A DNA stretch of 64,000 bases, taken from an uncultured virus (IMG/VR IMGVR_UViG_3300024354_000012). Lineage: Duplodnaviria; Heunggongvirae; Uroviricota; Caudoviricetes. Made by a program: the position numbers and the translations under genes. The notes under the pieces were generated by a model, which saw nothing but the letters and a program-made list of their open reading frames with translations, made no database searches and was not told the origin of the DNA. The stretch is from IMG/VR virus record IMGVR_UViG_3300024354_000012, one strand, 5' to 3'. Below are positions 1 through 10,138 of the stretch, in pieces. Position 1 is the stretch's first letter. Every line of letters starts with the position of its first letter.

Positions 1-11
1 ACTTTGAAGTC

Positions 12-197
12 ATGACTGGTCTCTTACAGGAACTAGGATGGCGCAAAGTCGTTCTCTCTCCCATGACGCACGAAAAAGGCGAAGCTATCGATCGTTGGGT
101 CAAAGACAACTGTAAAGACCGTGTACACACTATGGGTTTGGTTTGGGTTTTCGAAAACGACAAAGAAGCCAATTGGTTTACTCTAAAATGGGCGTAA
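12..197 (+). CDS. small phage protein, F-x-L-K-W C-terminal paralog family
   Basis: ends WVFENDKEANWFTLKWA; motif shared with five neighbours. Confidence 0.7.
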   Translation: MTGLLQELGWRKVVLSPMTHEKGEAIDRWVKDNCKDRVHTMGLVWVFENDKEANWFTLKWA

Positions 198-587
198 ATG
201 AAAATACATCCTTGGCAAATAGATATGCTTGATAAAATGACAAAATACAAAGGGCGCGGCATGGTACAGGTAACTGGTAGACAGATCGGTAAAAGCATGG
301 TATCGGCATTAAACGCTGTCTTTCGTGATGTCTATTATCCACAGCTTACAGATATAGTGTTATCTGAAGGTAAAGTCTACGGTGCTAGATACTATACCGC
401 ACAGCCTATAGGCGGCAACTGGCACGAAATGACCGCATGGTGTTTAGAACATTTTGGTTCTTCTGGAAGCAACATGTGGGGAGAAGATAAGGCTCCCGAA
501 CCTGCTGAACGTTGGTATATGAATAATCGCAAGTTTTGGTTCCGCGATGAAATGGATCGTATGATTTTTGTGTTGAAGTGGAGATAA
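198..587 (+). CDS. small phage protein, F-x-L-K-W family
   Basis: ends FWFRDEMDRMIFVLKWR. Confidence 0.75.
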   Translation: MKIHPWQIDMLDKMTKYKGRGMVQVTGRQIGKSMVSALNAVFRDVYYPQLTDIVLSEGKVYGARYYTAQPIGGNWHEMTAWCLEHFGSSGSNMWGEDKAPEPAERWYMNNRKFWFRDEMDRMIFVLKWR

Positions 588-588
588 C

Positions 589-870
589 ATGAAAAAGAAA
601 AGGCTATTGACAGATAGAGAAGGACAGTATCAATTGCCTTTTGGAATGATCGGATTATCTTGGTCGCGAACACGAGAACATCCTATCACTTTAGAATGCC
701 AGGCTCTTTACGAAAACGGTGCCGTGACTATGACTGGACTTAGAGAAGAAACATTTGTAGAAATAGCCAACTGGTGTTCAGAACACAACTGCGGTAAACG
801 CATGGCTTGGAACCAATTTCAATTCAAAAGTGAAAAACAAGTAACTATGTTTTTGTTAAAATGGGCGTAA
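589..870 (+). CDS. small phage protein, F-x-L-K-W family
   Basis: ends FQFKSEKQVTMFLLKWA. Confidence 0.75.
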   Translation: MKKKRLLTDREGQYQLPFGMIGLSWSRTREHPITLECQALYENGAVTMTGLREETFVEIANWCSEHNCGKRMAWNQFQFKSEKQVTMFLLKWA

Positions 871-1112
871 AAGTAGCTGACATCAGATCTATACTATCTA
901 CACGATCTCGCGCCACGTTTCCTTATAGGATTAATTTTGATACTGTGGGTTACGAAACTTTGCCGAAGATGAACAAGTGGTGCGAAGAACAGTGTAAAGG
1001 ATTATGGAGAGCTCAATCAGTACATGCTCTTTACTGGCAGTTTGAAAATGATCACGATGCTACTATGTTTATGTTAAAATGGGCCAATGCTGAAGGGAAC
1101 AAAATAAAATGA
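861..1112 (+). CDS. small phage protein, F-x-L-K-W family
   Basis: WCEEQC...WQFENDHDATMFMLKWA. Confidence 0.75.
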   Translation: MGVKVADIRSILSTRSRATFPYRINFDTVGYETLPKMNKWCEEQCKGLWRAQSVHALYWQFENDHDATMFMLKWANAEGNKIK

Positions 1113-1600
1113 ATATCTATGTCGACATGGACGATGTTGTAGCCGATTGGTTTGGCTATGCTAGAGAATATCTTAACGAACCTTTGTTCAAGGACGGAGA
1201 CATACTGCCAGACGCTACTTGGCAAAAGCTCAAAGATGATCAACGCATGTATAGCAAACTACCAGTCAAGGAAGGAGCATACCAATTGATCAATTGGTTA
1301 ACTGCTTATGCTACAGAACATGCCTGTGGTCTATACTTCTTAACTGCTATCCCCAAAGGCAACGACATGCCTTGGGCGCCAACTGACAAAATATTTTGGG
1401 CTAACAAATATTTTCCACAAGTGCCTGTATTCTTGGGACCATACAGTTTCGACAAATGGGTTCGCTGCCAACCCGGAGATATCTTGATCGACGATCGCAA
1501 ATCTAACTGTGAAGATTGGAAACGTGCCGGAGGCAGGGCACACATGTATAGATCTTGGGAAGAATGTAAGCCATGGCTGGAAGAGACCCTTGGGGTGTAA
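1109..1600 (+). CDS. HAD-superfamily 5'(3')-deoxyribonucleotidase-like protein
   Basis: N-terminal DMDDV (DxDxV), LTA, K and LIDD motifs. Confidence 0.8.
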   Translation: MNIYVDMDDVVADWFGYAREYLNEPLFKDGDILPDATWQKLKDDQRMYSKLPVKEGAYQLINWLTAYATEHACGLYFLTAIPKGNDMPWAPTDKIFWANKYFPQVPVFLGPYSFDKWVRCQPGDILIDDRKSNCEDWKRAGGRAHMYRSWEECKPWLEETLGV

Positions 1601-1953
1601 GCGATAGGATGATCAACCATTGGCTACACGAATCGTGGTGTAGCCAAGATCCTGGCAGGATTCGATATCCTGTGATAAACAACTATATGCTTATAGATGA
1701 CAAACTGTACGAAGTAAAAGAAATCACAGTACATGAGTTTACCATGGGCGATGTAGAAGATCCTGATCTATATGCTGCCGAACCTTTATACAATTGGCAA
1801 AAAAGTGAACAAGGGCAATGGGTAATGAAAAATGCTCTCGAAACCCCCAGTTGGTACAGGATGACGGACCATGTAGCATTTGGATACAAGTATGCCATAC
1901 GTGCTAAATTCATAGGTCCAAAAATCACTGAGTGGTATCTTAAATTCAAATGA
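1573..1953 (+). CDS. hypothetical protein, divergent F-x-L-K-W family member (start uncertain)
   Basis: ends ITEWYLKFK; coupled to next ORF. Confidence 0.65.
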   Translation: MAGRDPWGVSDRMINHWLHESWCSQDPGRIRYPVINNYMLIDDKLYEVKEITVHEFTMGDVEDPDLYAAEPLYNWQKSEQGQWVMKNALETPSWYRMTDHVAFGYKYAIRAKFIGPKITEWYLKFK

Positions 1954-2183
1954 AAGTAGTTGCCTATGGTCAACTTAATCTTTTAGACGATCAACGACTG
2001 ATGTCGTTGCTCGATACATATCATCCAATAAAGTCTTTCGATGATCAATTTCCAGAAAAATTAGTTTGGTGTTTGGAACACTGTAATAGCAAATTTAGAG
2101 ATATCAAAGATGAAAATTATCGAATTTGGTATTTCCAAAATGAGCATGATGCTACTATGTTTGCTATGCGATGGGCTTCTTGA
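1950..2183 (+). CDS. small phage protein, F-x-L-K-W family
   Basis: WCLEHC...WYFQNEHDATMFAMRWAS. Confidence 0.75.
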   Translation: MKVVAYGQLNLLDDQRLMSLLDTYHPIKSFDDQFPEKLVWCLEHCNSKFRDIKDENYRIWYFQNEHDATMFAMRWAS

Positions 2184-2208
2184 CTTTTCAATTTAGCTGT
2201 GCTATAAT
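2180..2208 (+). promoter_or_regulatory. sigma70-type early promoter
   Basis: TTGACT-17nt-TATAAT, then AAGGAG RBS before 2232. Confidence 0.85.
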
Positions 2209-2231
2209 ATAGAACACTTAAAGGAGTCTAT

Positions 2232-2633
2232 ATGAAAATCGGTTTCAGTCTCGGTCGTTGTGTTCGTGACATCGTCGAAGGATATCTGTCTGTGGATGAT
2301 GTAGCATTTATCATAGCGGCTACAGCTATCGATGATGAAAAGCATCTAGTAGGTGTTATCAAAAATTATATGGGGCGCCCCGGATATCTATACGGGCTTG
2401 ACGAAGAAATCTGTTTAGATGTAGCACATCAGTTATGGTATGCTAATAAGATCCTACAGCCTCGCAAGCAAGGTATTATGCGACACATGCAACCTGAAAA
2501 CGCAATTTGGGTAGACATGTATCCTACACAACTAAGTGAAAACGAATCTGTCAAGAAAGCCTGGGACGCTTATCGTTTCATGTTACACATGACAGAAAAT
2601 GTTGATAACGAAGCTATGGAGGCATTCCAATAG
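2232..2633 (+). CDS. hypothetical protein
   Basis: strong RBS and promoter. Confidence 0.8.
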   Translation: MKIGFSLGRCVRDIVEGYLSVDDVAFIIAATAIDDEKHLVGVIKNYMGRPGYLYGLDEEICLDVAHQLWYANKILQPRKQGIMRHMQPENAIWVDMYPTQLSENESVKKAWDAYRFMLHMTENVDNEAMEAFQ

Positions 2634-2890
2634 TGAAAGATAAATTACGAGAATTGTTAAAACATCTCAAACCTTCAAATCTAGATAAAGAAACTTTGCC
2701 CGTAGTGGTCATAGTTCTTGTCTGCGCAGGAATATTGTTGTTTAGCGATCTTGGTAAAGGCAGTACCAGAGTCTATGATTGTCGCCTAGCTGAAATCAGT
2801 CCAGACTTTCCACCAAAGGTCAGAGATGAGTGCCGCAAGCGTAGAATGGAATACCAAAAAAACAGTAACGAAAACGCACAAGGAATCTAA
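2633..2890 (+). CDS. hypothetical membrane-anchored protein
   Basis: single hydrophobic segment; coupled start. Confidence 0.65.
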   Translation: MKDKLRELLKHLKPSNLDKETLPVVVIVLVCAGILLFSDLGKGSTRVYDCRLAEISPDFPPKVRDECRKRRMEYQKNSNENAQGI

Positions 2891-2891
2891 T

Positions 2892-3149
2892 ATGTTTTTT
2901 AAAAGAAACCGAAAGGAAAATGTAATGACGTCAAATTCACAGCCTCCGACAAAAGAAACCCGAGAAGAATACTTTAGAGTAGGCGCCACTACAGATGGAC
3001 GTACCACTTTGACGTTGACAGATGGTACTACCAGCATGACGCTGACTATGAACCAACTAGCTTGTGAGCAGATGATTCGTATGATTAGAGCTACGTATGT
3101 CGAAGAGCAAAAAAATGAAGTAACCGAGGAAGCAAAGGAAGAAGCATGA
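2892..3149 (+). CDS. hypothetical protein (MFFKRN...; start refined from 2826)
   Basis: AAGGA RBS before ATG 2892. Confidence 0.6.
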   Translation: MFFKRNRKENVMTSNSQPPTKETREEYFRVGATTDGRTTLTLTDGTTSMTLTMNQLACEQMIRMIRATYVEEQKNEVTEEAKEEA

Positions 3150-3682
3150 TCACCCTCAAGCAATGGTTGGAAGTCTGTGACTATCGCATCACTGAAGGTA
3201 GCGATTACCAATGGCAATGTTTTGGCCCTACAGCCTATCGTCTAGATAGCTGGAACGGTGACCACGACGGACATACAGTCACTATCTTGTTTGATACTGC
3301 TACACAAGAAGTCTATCAAGTGGAAGCATTTGACTACAAGCGTGAACGTGCTTATCGTATGACCAATCCAGAATACCTCGAAGCGTTTGAAGCCGAATGT
3401 AAACAACGTGCCGTTATCGACGAAGCATGGGAACGCGACGACGGTACACCGGTCAAGTTCACCGATCTTGATGTTGAAGAAGATTGGATCGAAAAAGCCG
3501 TTGCTATCGTTAACGAAGAAGATTACGACACCCGAGTACAGGTGCCAGTTAACTTCACAGATGAAGAATTGCTTACTTATATGAAGATGGCTCATGAACG
3601 CGACATGACTTTTAACGAGTTTGTCGAACACGCACTCAAGTCAGCTATAGAGGCACATGATGAACTTACAGCAGATAATTGA
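3146..3682 (+). CDS. hypothetical protein with possible C-terminal ribbon-helix-helix
   Basis: C-term VQVPVNFTDEELLTYMKMAHERDMTFNEFVEHAL resembles RHH. Confidence 0.65.
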   Translation: MITLKQWLEVCDYRITEGSDYQWQCFGPTAYRLDSWNGDHDGHTVTILFDTATQEVYQVEAFDYKRERAYRMTNPEYLEAFEAECKQRAVIDEAWERDDGTPVKFTDLDVEEDWIEKAVAIVNEEDYDTRVQVPVNFTDEELLTYMKMAHERDMTFNEFVEHALKSAIEAHDELTADN

Positions 3683-3824
3683 TTCTATAGCATCTCTAAA
3701 CGATCAAGAATTGCTCGAGTTAGCTGAGGGTCTATTTAAATATGATCCTGTATTGGCAAGTGATCTAGAATTCTTGATACATGTCTGCCAAATGGACGAA
3801 ACTTTTTCTAAGGAAGATTTATGA
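3660..3824 (+). CDS. small hypothetical protein (54 aa, not in ORF track)
   Basis: MNLQQIIDSIASL...EDL fills the gap and is ATGA-coupled to 3821. Confidence 0.6.
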   Translation: MNLQQIIDSIASLNDQELLELAEGLFKYDPVLASDLEFLIHVCQMDETFSKEDL

Positions 3825-4573
3825 TAGTTGTTTTCGGCAAAGGTATAGTAGGTCAAGCCACAGGTCTTGTTTTTAACAAGGAAGTGTCTTATATAGATCC
3901 AGCATTTGGTTTATCTATCGATGATCTTAAACCATATAAACATGCTGTGATCACTGTGCCTACACCTGCGGCCGAACATGGACTAGATCATTCTGGTATA
4001 GTTAGATGTATCGACGAACTTAAACAAAAAGGGTTTGGTGGTATTGTGATCATACGTTCTACCTGCCAAACTGAGTTTCTTGCCAACATAAGCGATCATT
4101 ATCATTCTGTCGTTTATTGGCCAGAATTCTTACGTGAAGAAAATTACAAATATGAAGCCATCCATCCTAGTATCGTTGTGTTAGGTGGATCCAATCATAT
4201 GTGTCAGTCTGTTGAATCTCTGCTTAAAGAATATCAACATGGTACACGATCTAAATGGCATCTGACAGATATCGTAACTGCCAGTATCATAAAGCTAGGT
4301 TTGAACACAGCATTAGCAGCCAAAATAACCATGTTCAACAGCTTATATTCCATAGCAGAAAAAAATGAAGCAAATTGGAATGTAATACACGATGCTATCT
4401 GCGAAGATTGGCGTATCGGTTTTGGGCAAAGCGAAGTACCTGGGCCAGATGGCAAAGTCGGGTTCGGGGGTAAATGTCTACCAAAAGATGTAGCTACTAT
4501 GGCTAATATGGATGTGGACAACGTTTACCTTCAATCGATAATGTCGTATAATAAACTACTAAGGGATGAGTGA
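3821..4573 (+). CDS. UDP-glucose/GDP-mannose dehydrogenase family protein
   Basis: GKGIVG Rossmann, VPTP, RST, PEFLRE, GFGGKCLPKD. Confidence 0.85.
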   Translation: MIVVFGKGIVGQATGLVFNKEVSYIDPAFGLSIDDLKPYKHAVITVPTPAAEHGLDHSGIVRCIDELKQKGFGGIVIIRSTCQTEFLANISDHYHSVVYWPEFLREENYKYEAIHPSIVVLGGSNHMCQSVESLLKEYQHGTRSKWHLTDIVTASIIKLGLNTALAAKITMFNSLYSIAEKNEANWNVIHDAICEDWRIGFGQSEVPGPDGKVGFGGKCLPKDVATMANMDVDNVYLQSIMSYNKLLRDE

Positions 4574-4938
4574 CTGAAATGATAACAGACGAAGTTATAG
4601 TAATTTTGGCGTTGTTAGCTATCAAGCACTTTTTGATAGATTTTGTTTTCCAAACTAACGAACAGGTAAAACAAAAAGGTGTATATGGTAATCTAGTGGG
4701 TATCACACATAGTTTCCAACACGGAGTTGGTACTATTATAGTTTTCCTGATCTATCTGAACTTTTGGTTTTCTCTAATCTTTGCTATTTTTGACAGTCTT
4801 ATACATTATCATATAGATTGGATTAAATCTAAATTCGGTGAAAAGGATATCACCAAAAAATCTTTTTGGATTTGGTTCGGCGGTGATCAACTTTTACACT
4901 GGATGACTTACATTTGGTTTATATGGATCTTACTCTAG
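4570..4938 (+). CDS. DUF3307-like membrane protein
   Basis: HFLIDFVFQ, HYHIDWIK, DQLLH motifs. Confidence 0.75.
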   Translation: MTEMITDEVIVILALLAIKHFLIDFVFQTNEQVKQKGVYGNLVGITHSFQHGVGTIIVFLIYLNFWFSLIFAIFDSLIHYHIDWIKSKFGEKDITKKSFWIWFGGDQLLHWMTYIWFIWILL

Positions 4939-4959
4939 GCTAAGTAATACAAATACTAT

Positions 4960-5532
4960 ATGGAGCCAAGGTTGAAAAAATTCCACGAGTTCAACGCAGA
5001 AGATCGCATTGACCTCAAACTATTAGAGAATTCGATGTATTTCCTCACGGGCGAAATCGATGAAGAAACTATCACACCCGCTATCAAATGGATCACTTAC
5101 GAGAATCTCGAATCTAAAGACAAGGTTCTGACCCTTTATATAAATTCTACGGGTGGTGATCTGTATCAAGCATTTGCTCTAATAGATGTCATGCGCTCTA
5201 GTCCACATACGATTAGAACCGTCGCTATAGGTTGCGCCATGAGCGCAGCTTTCTTGATTTTTACCAGCGGTGATAGAGGACAGAGATACGTGTCCAAAAA
5301 TGCCAGTTTGATGTGTCATCAATTCACTGAAACTATGGATGCTAAATATCATGACCTTAAAGCCACTATGAGAGAAAATGATTTGTGTAATGACAAGATG
5401 CTAAACATTTTGAAAGAAGCTACAGGATTAGCACCTAGCGTGATAAAGAAGAAACTTCTAGCAGCCAGTGATGTATATCTCACAGTTGAAGAAGCAATTG
5501 GATTGAATATCGCAGATCATCTGTTGTCATAA
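4960..5532 (+). CDS. clpP: ClpP-like ATP-dependent Clp protease proteolytic subunit
   Basis: [13 protein letters not shown] (catalytic Ser), MCHQ (His). Confidence 0.85.
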   Translation: MEPRLKKFHEFNAEDRIDLKLLENSMYFLTGEIDEETITPAIKWITYENLESKDKVLTLYINSTGGDLYQAFALIDVMRSSPHTIRTVAIGCAMSAAFLIFTSGDRGQRYVSKNASLMCHQFTETMDAKYHDLKATMRENDLCNDKMLNILKEATGLAPSVIKKKLLAASDVYLTVEEAIGLNIADHLLS

Positions 5533-5747
5533 TGGCTAAGCAAGATCTTATTACTGCCGAGGGGAAGGTCGTTGACGTTCTTCCGAATACGATGTTTAAG
5601 GTTCAGCTAAATGAGGGACCGAATATTATCGCTCATTTGAGCGGTAAGATGAGACAGAATAACATAAAGGTGTTATTGGGCGATGAAGTCAAAATAGAGC
5701 TTAGTGTATATGACCTCTCTAAAGGACGCATTATTTACAGAAAGTGA
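5532..5747 (+). CDS. infA: translation initiation factor IF-1
   Basis: [15 protein letters not shown]...AHLSGKMR...[11 protein letters not shown]. Confidence 0.95.
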   Translation: MAKQDLITAEGKVVDVLPNTMFKVQLNEGPNIIAHLSGKMRQNNIKVLLGDEVKIELSVYDLSKGRIIYRK

Positions 5748-6372
5748 TATCATTGATCCCTTTTGGGTGATACGATATCTCGAAAATCATGTTCCTCTAG
5801 AAAAGATCAGTGCTAAATCTCTGATACAGATCATACGCAGAATGAAGCGCCGCCATATGGTAGGCATCAAAGTAACTTATCGTAGAGTGTCAGGATTAAA
5901 GGATTGTTTTACCATACACGGATTCTACGAAAAAACTCATAAGAAATCTATAGAGCTACAGGTCTGCTGTTCTAGCGAAAAGAAAAAATTCAATCTCACA
6001 GAAAAACTACACAGGCTGTTGATCAACGAAATAGCCGATGCTCTGTGTCACGAGAGCATACATAGATATCAATTTCAATTTAAAGACTATCAAGAAAGCT
6101 GTATACACAACGGCACTGAAGAACAGATCTATTACAGCGATAAAGATGAAATGTTCTGTTTCGCTGTAAACATAGCTCACAATCTTTATAGGCAATACGG
6201 AATAGAGTCATTAAGACAGTTACAACATCTTACCGAAGCTGTTAAGTTTGATCCTTATCTAGCAGACTACTATAGCCTGTTTTCACACACTAAGATTTTT
6301 AATAAGGTAATTAAAATGGTATACCTTAACATTCTCGCCATAGACAGAGGAGAGATATGTCATAGACCATGA
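5704..6372 (+). CDS. hypothetical protein with HExxH motif (start uncertain)
   Basis: [11 protein letters not shown] with downstream E. Confidence 0.55.
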   Translation: MYMTSLKDALFTESDIIDPFWVIRYLENHVPLEKISAKSLIQIIRRMKRRHMVGIKVTYRRVSGLKDCFTIHGFYEKTHKKSIELQVCCSSEKKKFNLTEKLHRLLINEIADALCHESIHRYQFQFKDYQESCIHNGTEEQIYYSDKDEMFCFAVNIAHNLYRQYGIESLRQLQHLTEAVKFDPYLADYYSLFSHTKIFNKVIKMVYLNILAIDRGEICHRP

Positions 6373-7340
6373 TTAAAGAAATTCCATTCAACAACATAAA
6401 ACATTTCGGTCAAATCAATATGTTAGATCGCCCTTTATTCAACATCAGTTGGATACTAGGGCGTTTTTGTAACTACAAGTGTTCTTACTGTTGGCCATAT
6501 GCTAACAGTGATAAGTTAGATTTCCAAAGCATCGATGTTTATAAAAGAACAGTAGATGAAATCAAAAGACAGGCAAGGCTGAATGGTTTCAATGAATTCC
6601 ACTGGAGTTTCAGCGGAGGAGAACCTACGACTTTCAAACAGTTGTTGGAACTGACTAGACACCTCGACGAAATGGAAAGCAGCTATCAAAGCATACACAT
6701 GACTACTAATCTAAGTCCTAGCATCAACTGGTGGAAGTCTTGGGCTAACGCTGTGAGCATGTTACAAAGAAAAAGTATTACTGCCAGCTATCATGCTGAG
6801 TTTGCCAAAGAATCAGAGTTTGGAGACAAGTGTCTGAAGCTGATGGATGAGTTTGTGTACGTGACTGTAAATCAAGTCATGGTGCCAGAACAGTTTTTTG
6901 AACTTTATGAACGCTGCGAACGTTTACACAAGAGAGGAATCAATGTTACTCTTAAACCACAGAGCAACGAAACTGCTAGTGCCATCGTAGATGGATACAC
7001 GCCAGAGATGATCAACATAATGAAGCAGGGATTCCCACAGAAAGCATTTGATGAAAACATTTATCAGATAAGATTAAATGATGGTGGACAAGACTATCTA
7101 TTTGATCAAGCAGAAAGATTCAATGCGTTTGGATTTAATAGTTTTAAAGGATGGGACTGTAATAGCGGATATCAAAGTCTAGTAATAAGAGGTAACGAAG
7201 TCAGGCGAGGTTATAGCTGTAGAGAAGAACCGATTGGCACCCTAGACTCATTCCAATTGTTTGCCAAACCTATGCCCTGTGTTACTGAAAGATGCGTAAG
7301 TAGTGCTGACAGCAAGATACCAAAGATAAAAAATGTTTAA
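6369..7340 (+). CDS. radical SAM protein
   Basis: CNYKCSYC, SGGEPT, C-terminal Cys cluster. Confidence 0.9.
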   Translation: MIKEIPFNNIKHFGQINMLDRPLFNISWILGRFCNYKCSYCWPYANSDKLDFQSIDVYKRTVDEIKRQARLNGFNEFHWSFSGGEPTTFKQLLELTRHLDEMESSYQSIHMTTNLSPSINWWKSWANAVSMLQRKSITASYHAEFAKESEFGDKCLKLMDEFVYVTVNQVMVPEQFFELYERCERLHKRGINVTLKPQSNETASAIVDGYTPEMINIMKQGFPQKAFDENIYQIRLNDGGQDYLFDQAERFNAFGFNSFKGWDCNSGYQSLVIRGNEVRRGYSCREEPIGTLDSFQLFAKPMPCVTERCVSSADSKIPKIKNV

Positions 7341-8418
7341 GTTCGATCAACTGTATCAGATACACCTAGAGATATCAAATAACTGTCAAGCACGATGTCC
7401 TATGTGTGCTAGGAACAACCACGGAGGCTTGCCCAATCCTTTGCTGAGCAACAGTGAATGGACTCTCGATGACTACAGGAAAATAATGTCTAGCGAAGTA
7501 CTCTTCCAAATCAAGCGTATCTATTTCTGTGGTAACTTCGGCGATCCTATGCTCAATGATGAATTCATAGATATGGTTCGTTACACTGTCAGTGTCAATC
7601 CTAACATAGGTATAAGCGTACACACAAATGGAGGTGCTCGTAAGACCAGCTGGTGGCAGGATCTTGCGGTAGCACTACCTGTAGATCATATGGTACACTT
7701 TGGCATCGATGGTCTAGAAGATACTCATAGTCTACATCGTGTAGGAACAACATACGAGAACGTTATTAAAAATGCCACAGCATTTATACAGCGTGGTGGG
7801 AATGCCGAATGGACTTTCTTAGAATTTAAACACAACGAACATCAAGTAGAAGAATGCCAGCTTAGAGCAAAAGAACTGGGCTTTAAAAAGTTTGTTTTAA
7901 AATCTAGTTCTAGATTTGTAGGCGAACCCAAGTTTGATGTTTATGACAAGAATGGAAATACAACTCATGTCATTCATCCACCTACTAGCAGCAAGTTAAC
8001 TTATATCAGCAAAGAAGTCATAAACAACTATAAAAGCATGGTTAAGGAAGCTGAGATTTCCTGTCATGTTCAGAACATAAAAGAAATATACATAGACGCA
8101 CACAAAAAGATTATGCCCTGCTGCTGGTTAAGTTCTATTCCTGAAACTTATTATGATAACAAGTTCGTAGACAAAAGCATTGACGACGAAATTAAATCAC
8201 AATACAACAAGTTAGTTAACGACCTCGGTGGTCCGGATGCTATCGATGCATTTAATGGAATAAAGAATGTCGTTGAGTCTAATGCTTATCAAACTGTGTG
8301 GAACAAATATTGGACTGAGGAAAAACTGATCACTTGTGCTAGGATCTGTGGCAAGTTTAAAAATGTAAAACTTTCACAGCCAAACGATCAGTTTTTAGAA
8401 AATCATTCTTACGAATAA
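7333..8418 (+). CDS. radical SAM protein with SPASM/twitch-like domain
   Basis: CQARCPMC, GNFGDP, PCC...CARIC. Confidence 0.9.
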   Translation: MFKFDQLYQIHLEISNNCQARCPMCARNNHGGLPNPLLSNSEWTLDDYRKIMSSEVLFQIKRIYFCGNFGDPMLNDEFIDMVRYTVSVNPNIGISVHTNGGARKTSWWQDLAVALPVDHMVHFGIDGLEDTHSLHRVGTTYENVIKNATAFIQRGGNAEWTFLEFKHNEHQVEECQLRAKELGFKKFVLKSSSRFVGEPKFDVYDKNGNTTHVIHPPTSSKLTYISKEVINNYKSMVKEAEISCHVQNIKEIYIDAHKKIMPCCWLSSIPETYYDNKFVDKSIDDEIKSQYNKLVNDLGGPDAIDAFNGIKNVVESNAYQTVWNKYWTEEKLITCARICGKFKNVKLSQPNDQFLENHSYE

Positions 8419-9440
8419 AATTTTTGTGAAATGCTCGATCCTGTTTTGCTCTTTCCACAAATCAAAGAGCACATAGGATTCCTACCTGCTTGTATAGTTT
8501 TGTTCCAATTTTCTTTTAACATCATATATGTTTTACTAGCAAATATAGAAAAAATATCTGCCTTGTAAAGACTGATATCATCTCTAGAAAAACTTTCTTT
8601 AGCTTTCGGAATCCAGTCATATTCATCTGGTAAAAAGTCATCTGGTAATAACATCAGGCTGGCAAGATGACAGCACGGATATACTAGTCCTTCGGCAGAA
8701 ATATAACAACTAGAATCGTTGATGGCTGCGCATGAAATATCTAACTCATCAAAATGTTTTTCTATCTTTGCTTTATTAGTAAAATCTAATATTGGAAAGT
8801 CGTGAGTATATCTAGGATCGTCGGCATATTCTATCTCTGTCTGAGGAGTCATTACGTTCCTATAAGTTATCTTGGTCTTGAACTCTTTGAATCCCATCTC
8901 TTTAGATAAAGCTTCTGCGTATTCTACTTGATGTTGATTATGCTTAAATGGTATGAACTGCCACGTCGCCGGTGCTCCAGAATCTATATAAAATTTGGCG
9001 TTCCTCATTACAGCAGCCCATTTAACATTTCTACGATAGATATGATTAGTATCTTCCATACCATCTATAGCGAAAGTCATCTTGCTATTCTGTCCTAATA
9101 ATTCTCCTAGCTCATACCACCATGTTTCTTTCTGTATTCCGCCGTTAGAAGAAATTTCTATAAACACGTCTGGGTTGGCATTCCTAAACCATCGTATGAC
9201 GTTAGGTAGATGAGGATTCATCGCTGGATCACCTGTCACTCCTGCGATATAGATATGCTCTAGATTTTTAGCAAATTCTTCCCCAAGACAGATTTCTAAA
9301 AATATAGTATCTAGATTTTTCTGGGCAAAGAAACTATGATCGCCACCTTTCATTTCTCTAACACACAGAGGACATCTAGCATTACAGAAAGAGGATACTT
9401 CAAATTCTATTTTTTTAACAGTATCTTTATAAAATGTCAT
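8409..9440 (-). CDS. radical SAM protein with SPASM/twitch-like domain (paralog of 7333)
   Basis: CNARCPLC, GVTGDP, YPCC...CSLIC. Confidence 0.9.
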   Translation of the reverse strand: MTFYKDTVKKIEFEVSSFCNARCPLCVREMKGGDHSFFAQKNLDTIFLEICLGEEFAKNLEHIYIAGVTGDPAMNPHLPNVIRWFRNANPDVFIEISSNGGIQKETWWYELGELLGQNSKMTFAIDGMEDTNHIYRRNVKWAAVMRNAKFYIDSGAPATWQFIPFKHNQHQVEYAEALSKEMGFKEFKTKITYRNVMTPQTEIEYADDPRYTHDFPILDFTNKAKIEKHFDELDISCAAINDSSCYISAEGLVYPCCHLASLMLLPDDFLPDEYDWIPKAKESFSRDDISLYKADIFSIFASKTYMMLKENWNKTIQAGRNPMCSLICGKSKTGSSISQKFYS

Positions 9441-10099
9441 GATATAAAAACTCTAAAACCTTTTGCTCTCAATTCTGCTACATAAGGATCTAAAACTTTT
9501 AGATCGCAGTTTATTAATGCTTCTCGCTCATTTACTTTCTCAAACCCCTGTATGATATTTTCTTTGATGGCTTTATTAAAAAATTTCATCACCACAGTGT
9601 ATGCTTCTTGCTTCCAATCAAAATCATTAGGTTCTATGCTTAACCTATGATAAGGTTCTTTTACAGCTGGCAAGGGGACACGTATGTTTAGATGTATACG
9701 ATCTCTGCCACCGTAGTTTGCTGCCACATGAGTATGGCTGGTGTCCATATACCATAACTGACCATCTACAGGTATGTGATACAGTTTCTGTTCGTCAAGG
9801 TCTATGAGATAGCAGTGTAGGTTAGTAGTGATAGCTAAATGTATCCTGTCGTCTGGATCACAATGAGCTGTGTAACTTTCTGCCGATTTTAATTTGAGTA
9901 GACGTGCTTCACCTATGTTGTCTAATGACTCTAATAGATCTCCCAAAGGTGTGCCTTTATATTCCTGTTTGACGGTATATGGTCCGTTTAAGATATTTCC
10001 AGTTGTTTCGTTTAGTTGTAATCTTTTTTCAAAATGAAGATTGTTGACCTGCTCTACTATAGGTCCAATATCAACGTTTTTTGGATATTTGGTAATCAT
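9437..10099 (-). CDS. cupin / aspartyl-asparaginyl beta-hydroxylase-like oxygenase
   Basis: HCD...H...R-I-H double-stranded beta-helix pattern. Confidence 0.65.
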   Translation of the reverse strand: MITKYPKNVDIGPIVEQVNNLHFEKRLQLNETTGNILNGPYTVKQEYKGTPLGDLLESLDNIGEARLLKLKSAESYTAHCDPDDRIHLAITTNLHCYLIDLDEQKLYHIPVDGQLWYMDTSHTHVAANYGGRDRIHLNIRVPLPAVKEPYHRLSIEPNDFDWKQEAYTVVMKFFNKAIKENIIQGFEKVNEREALINCDLKVLDPYVAELRAKGFRVFIS

Positions 10100-10138
10100 G
10101 AAATATTTATGTGCTACTTTAATGATGTAAATAGTTTC

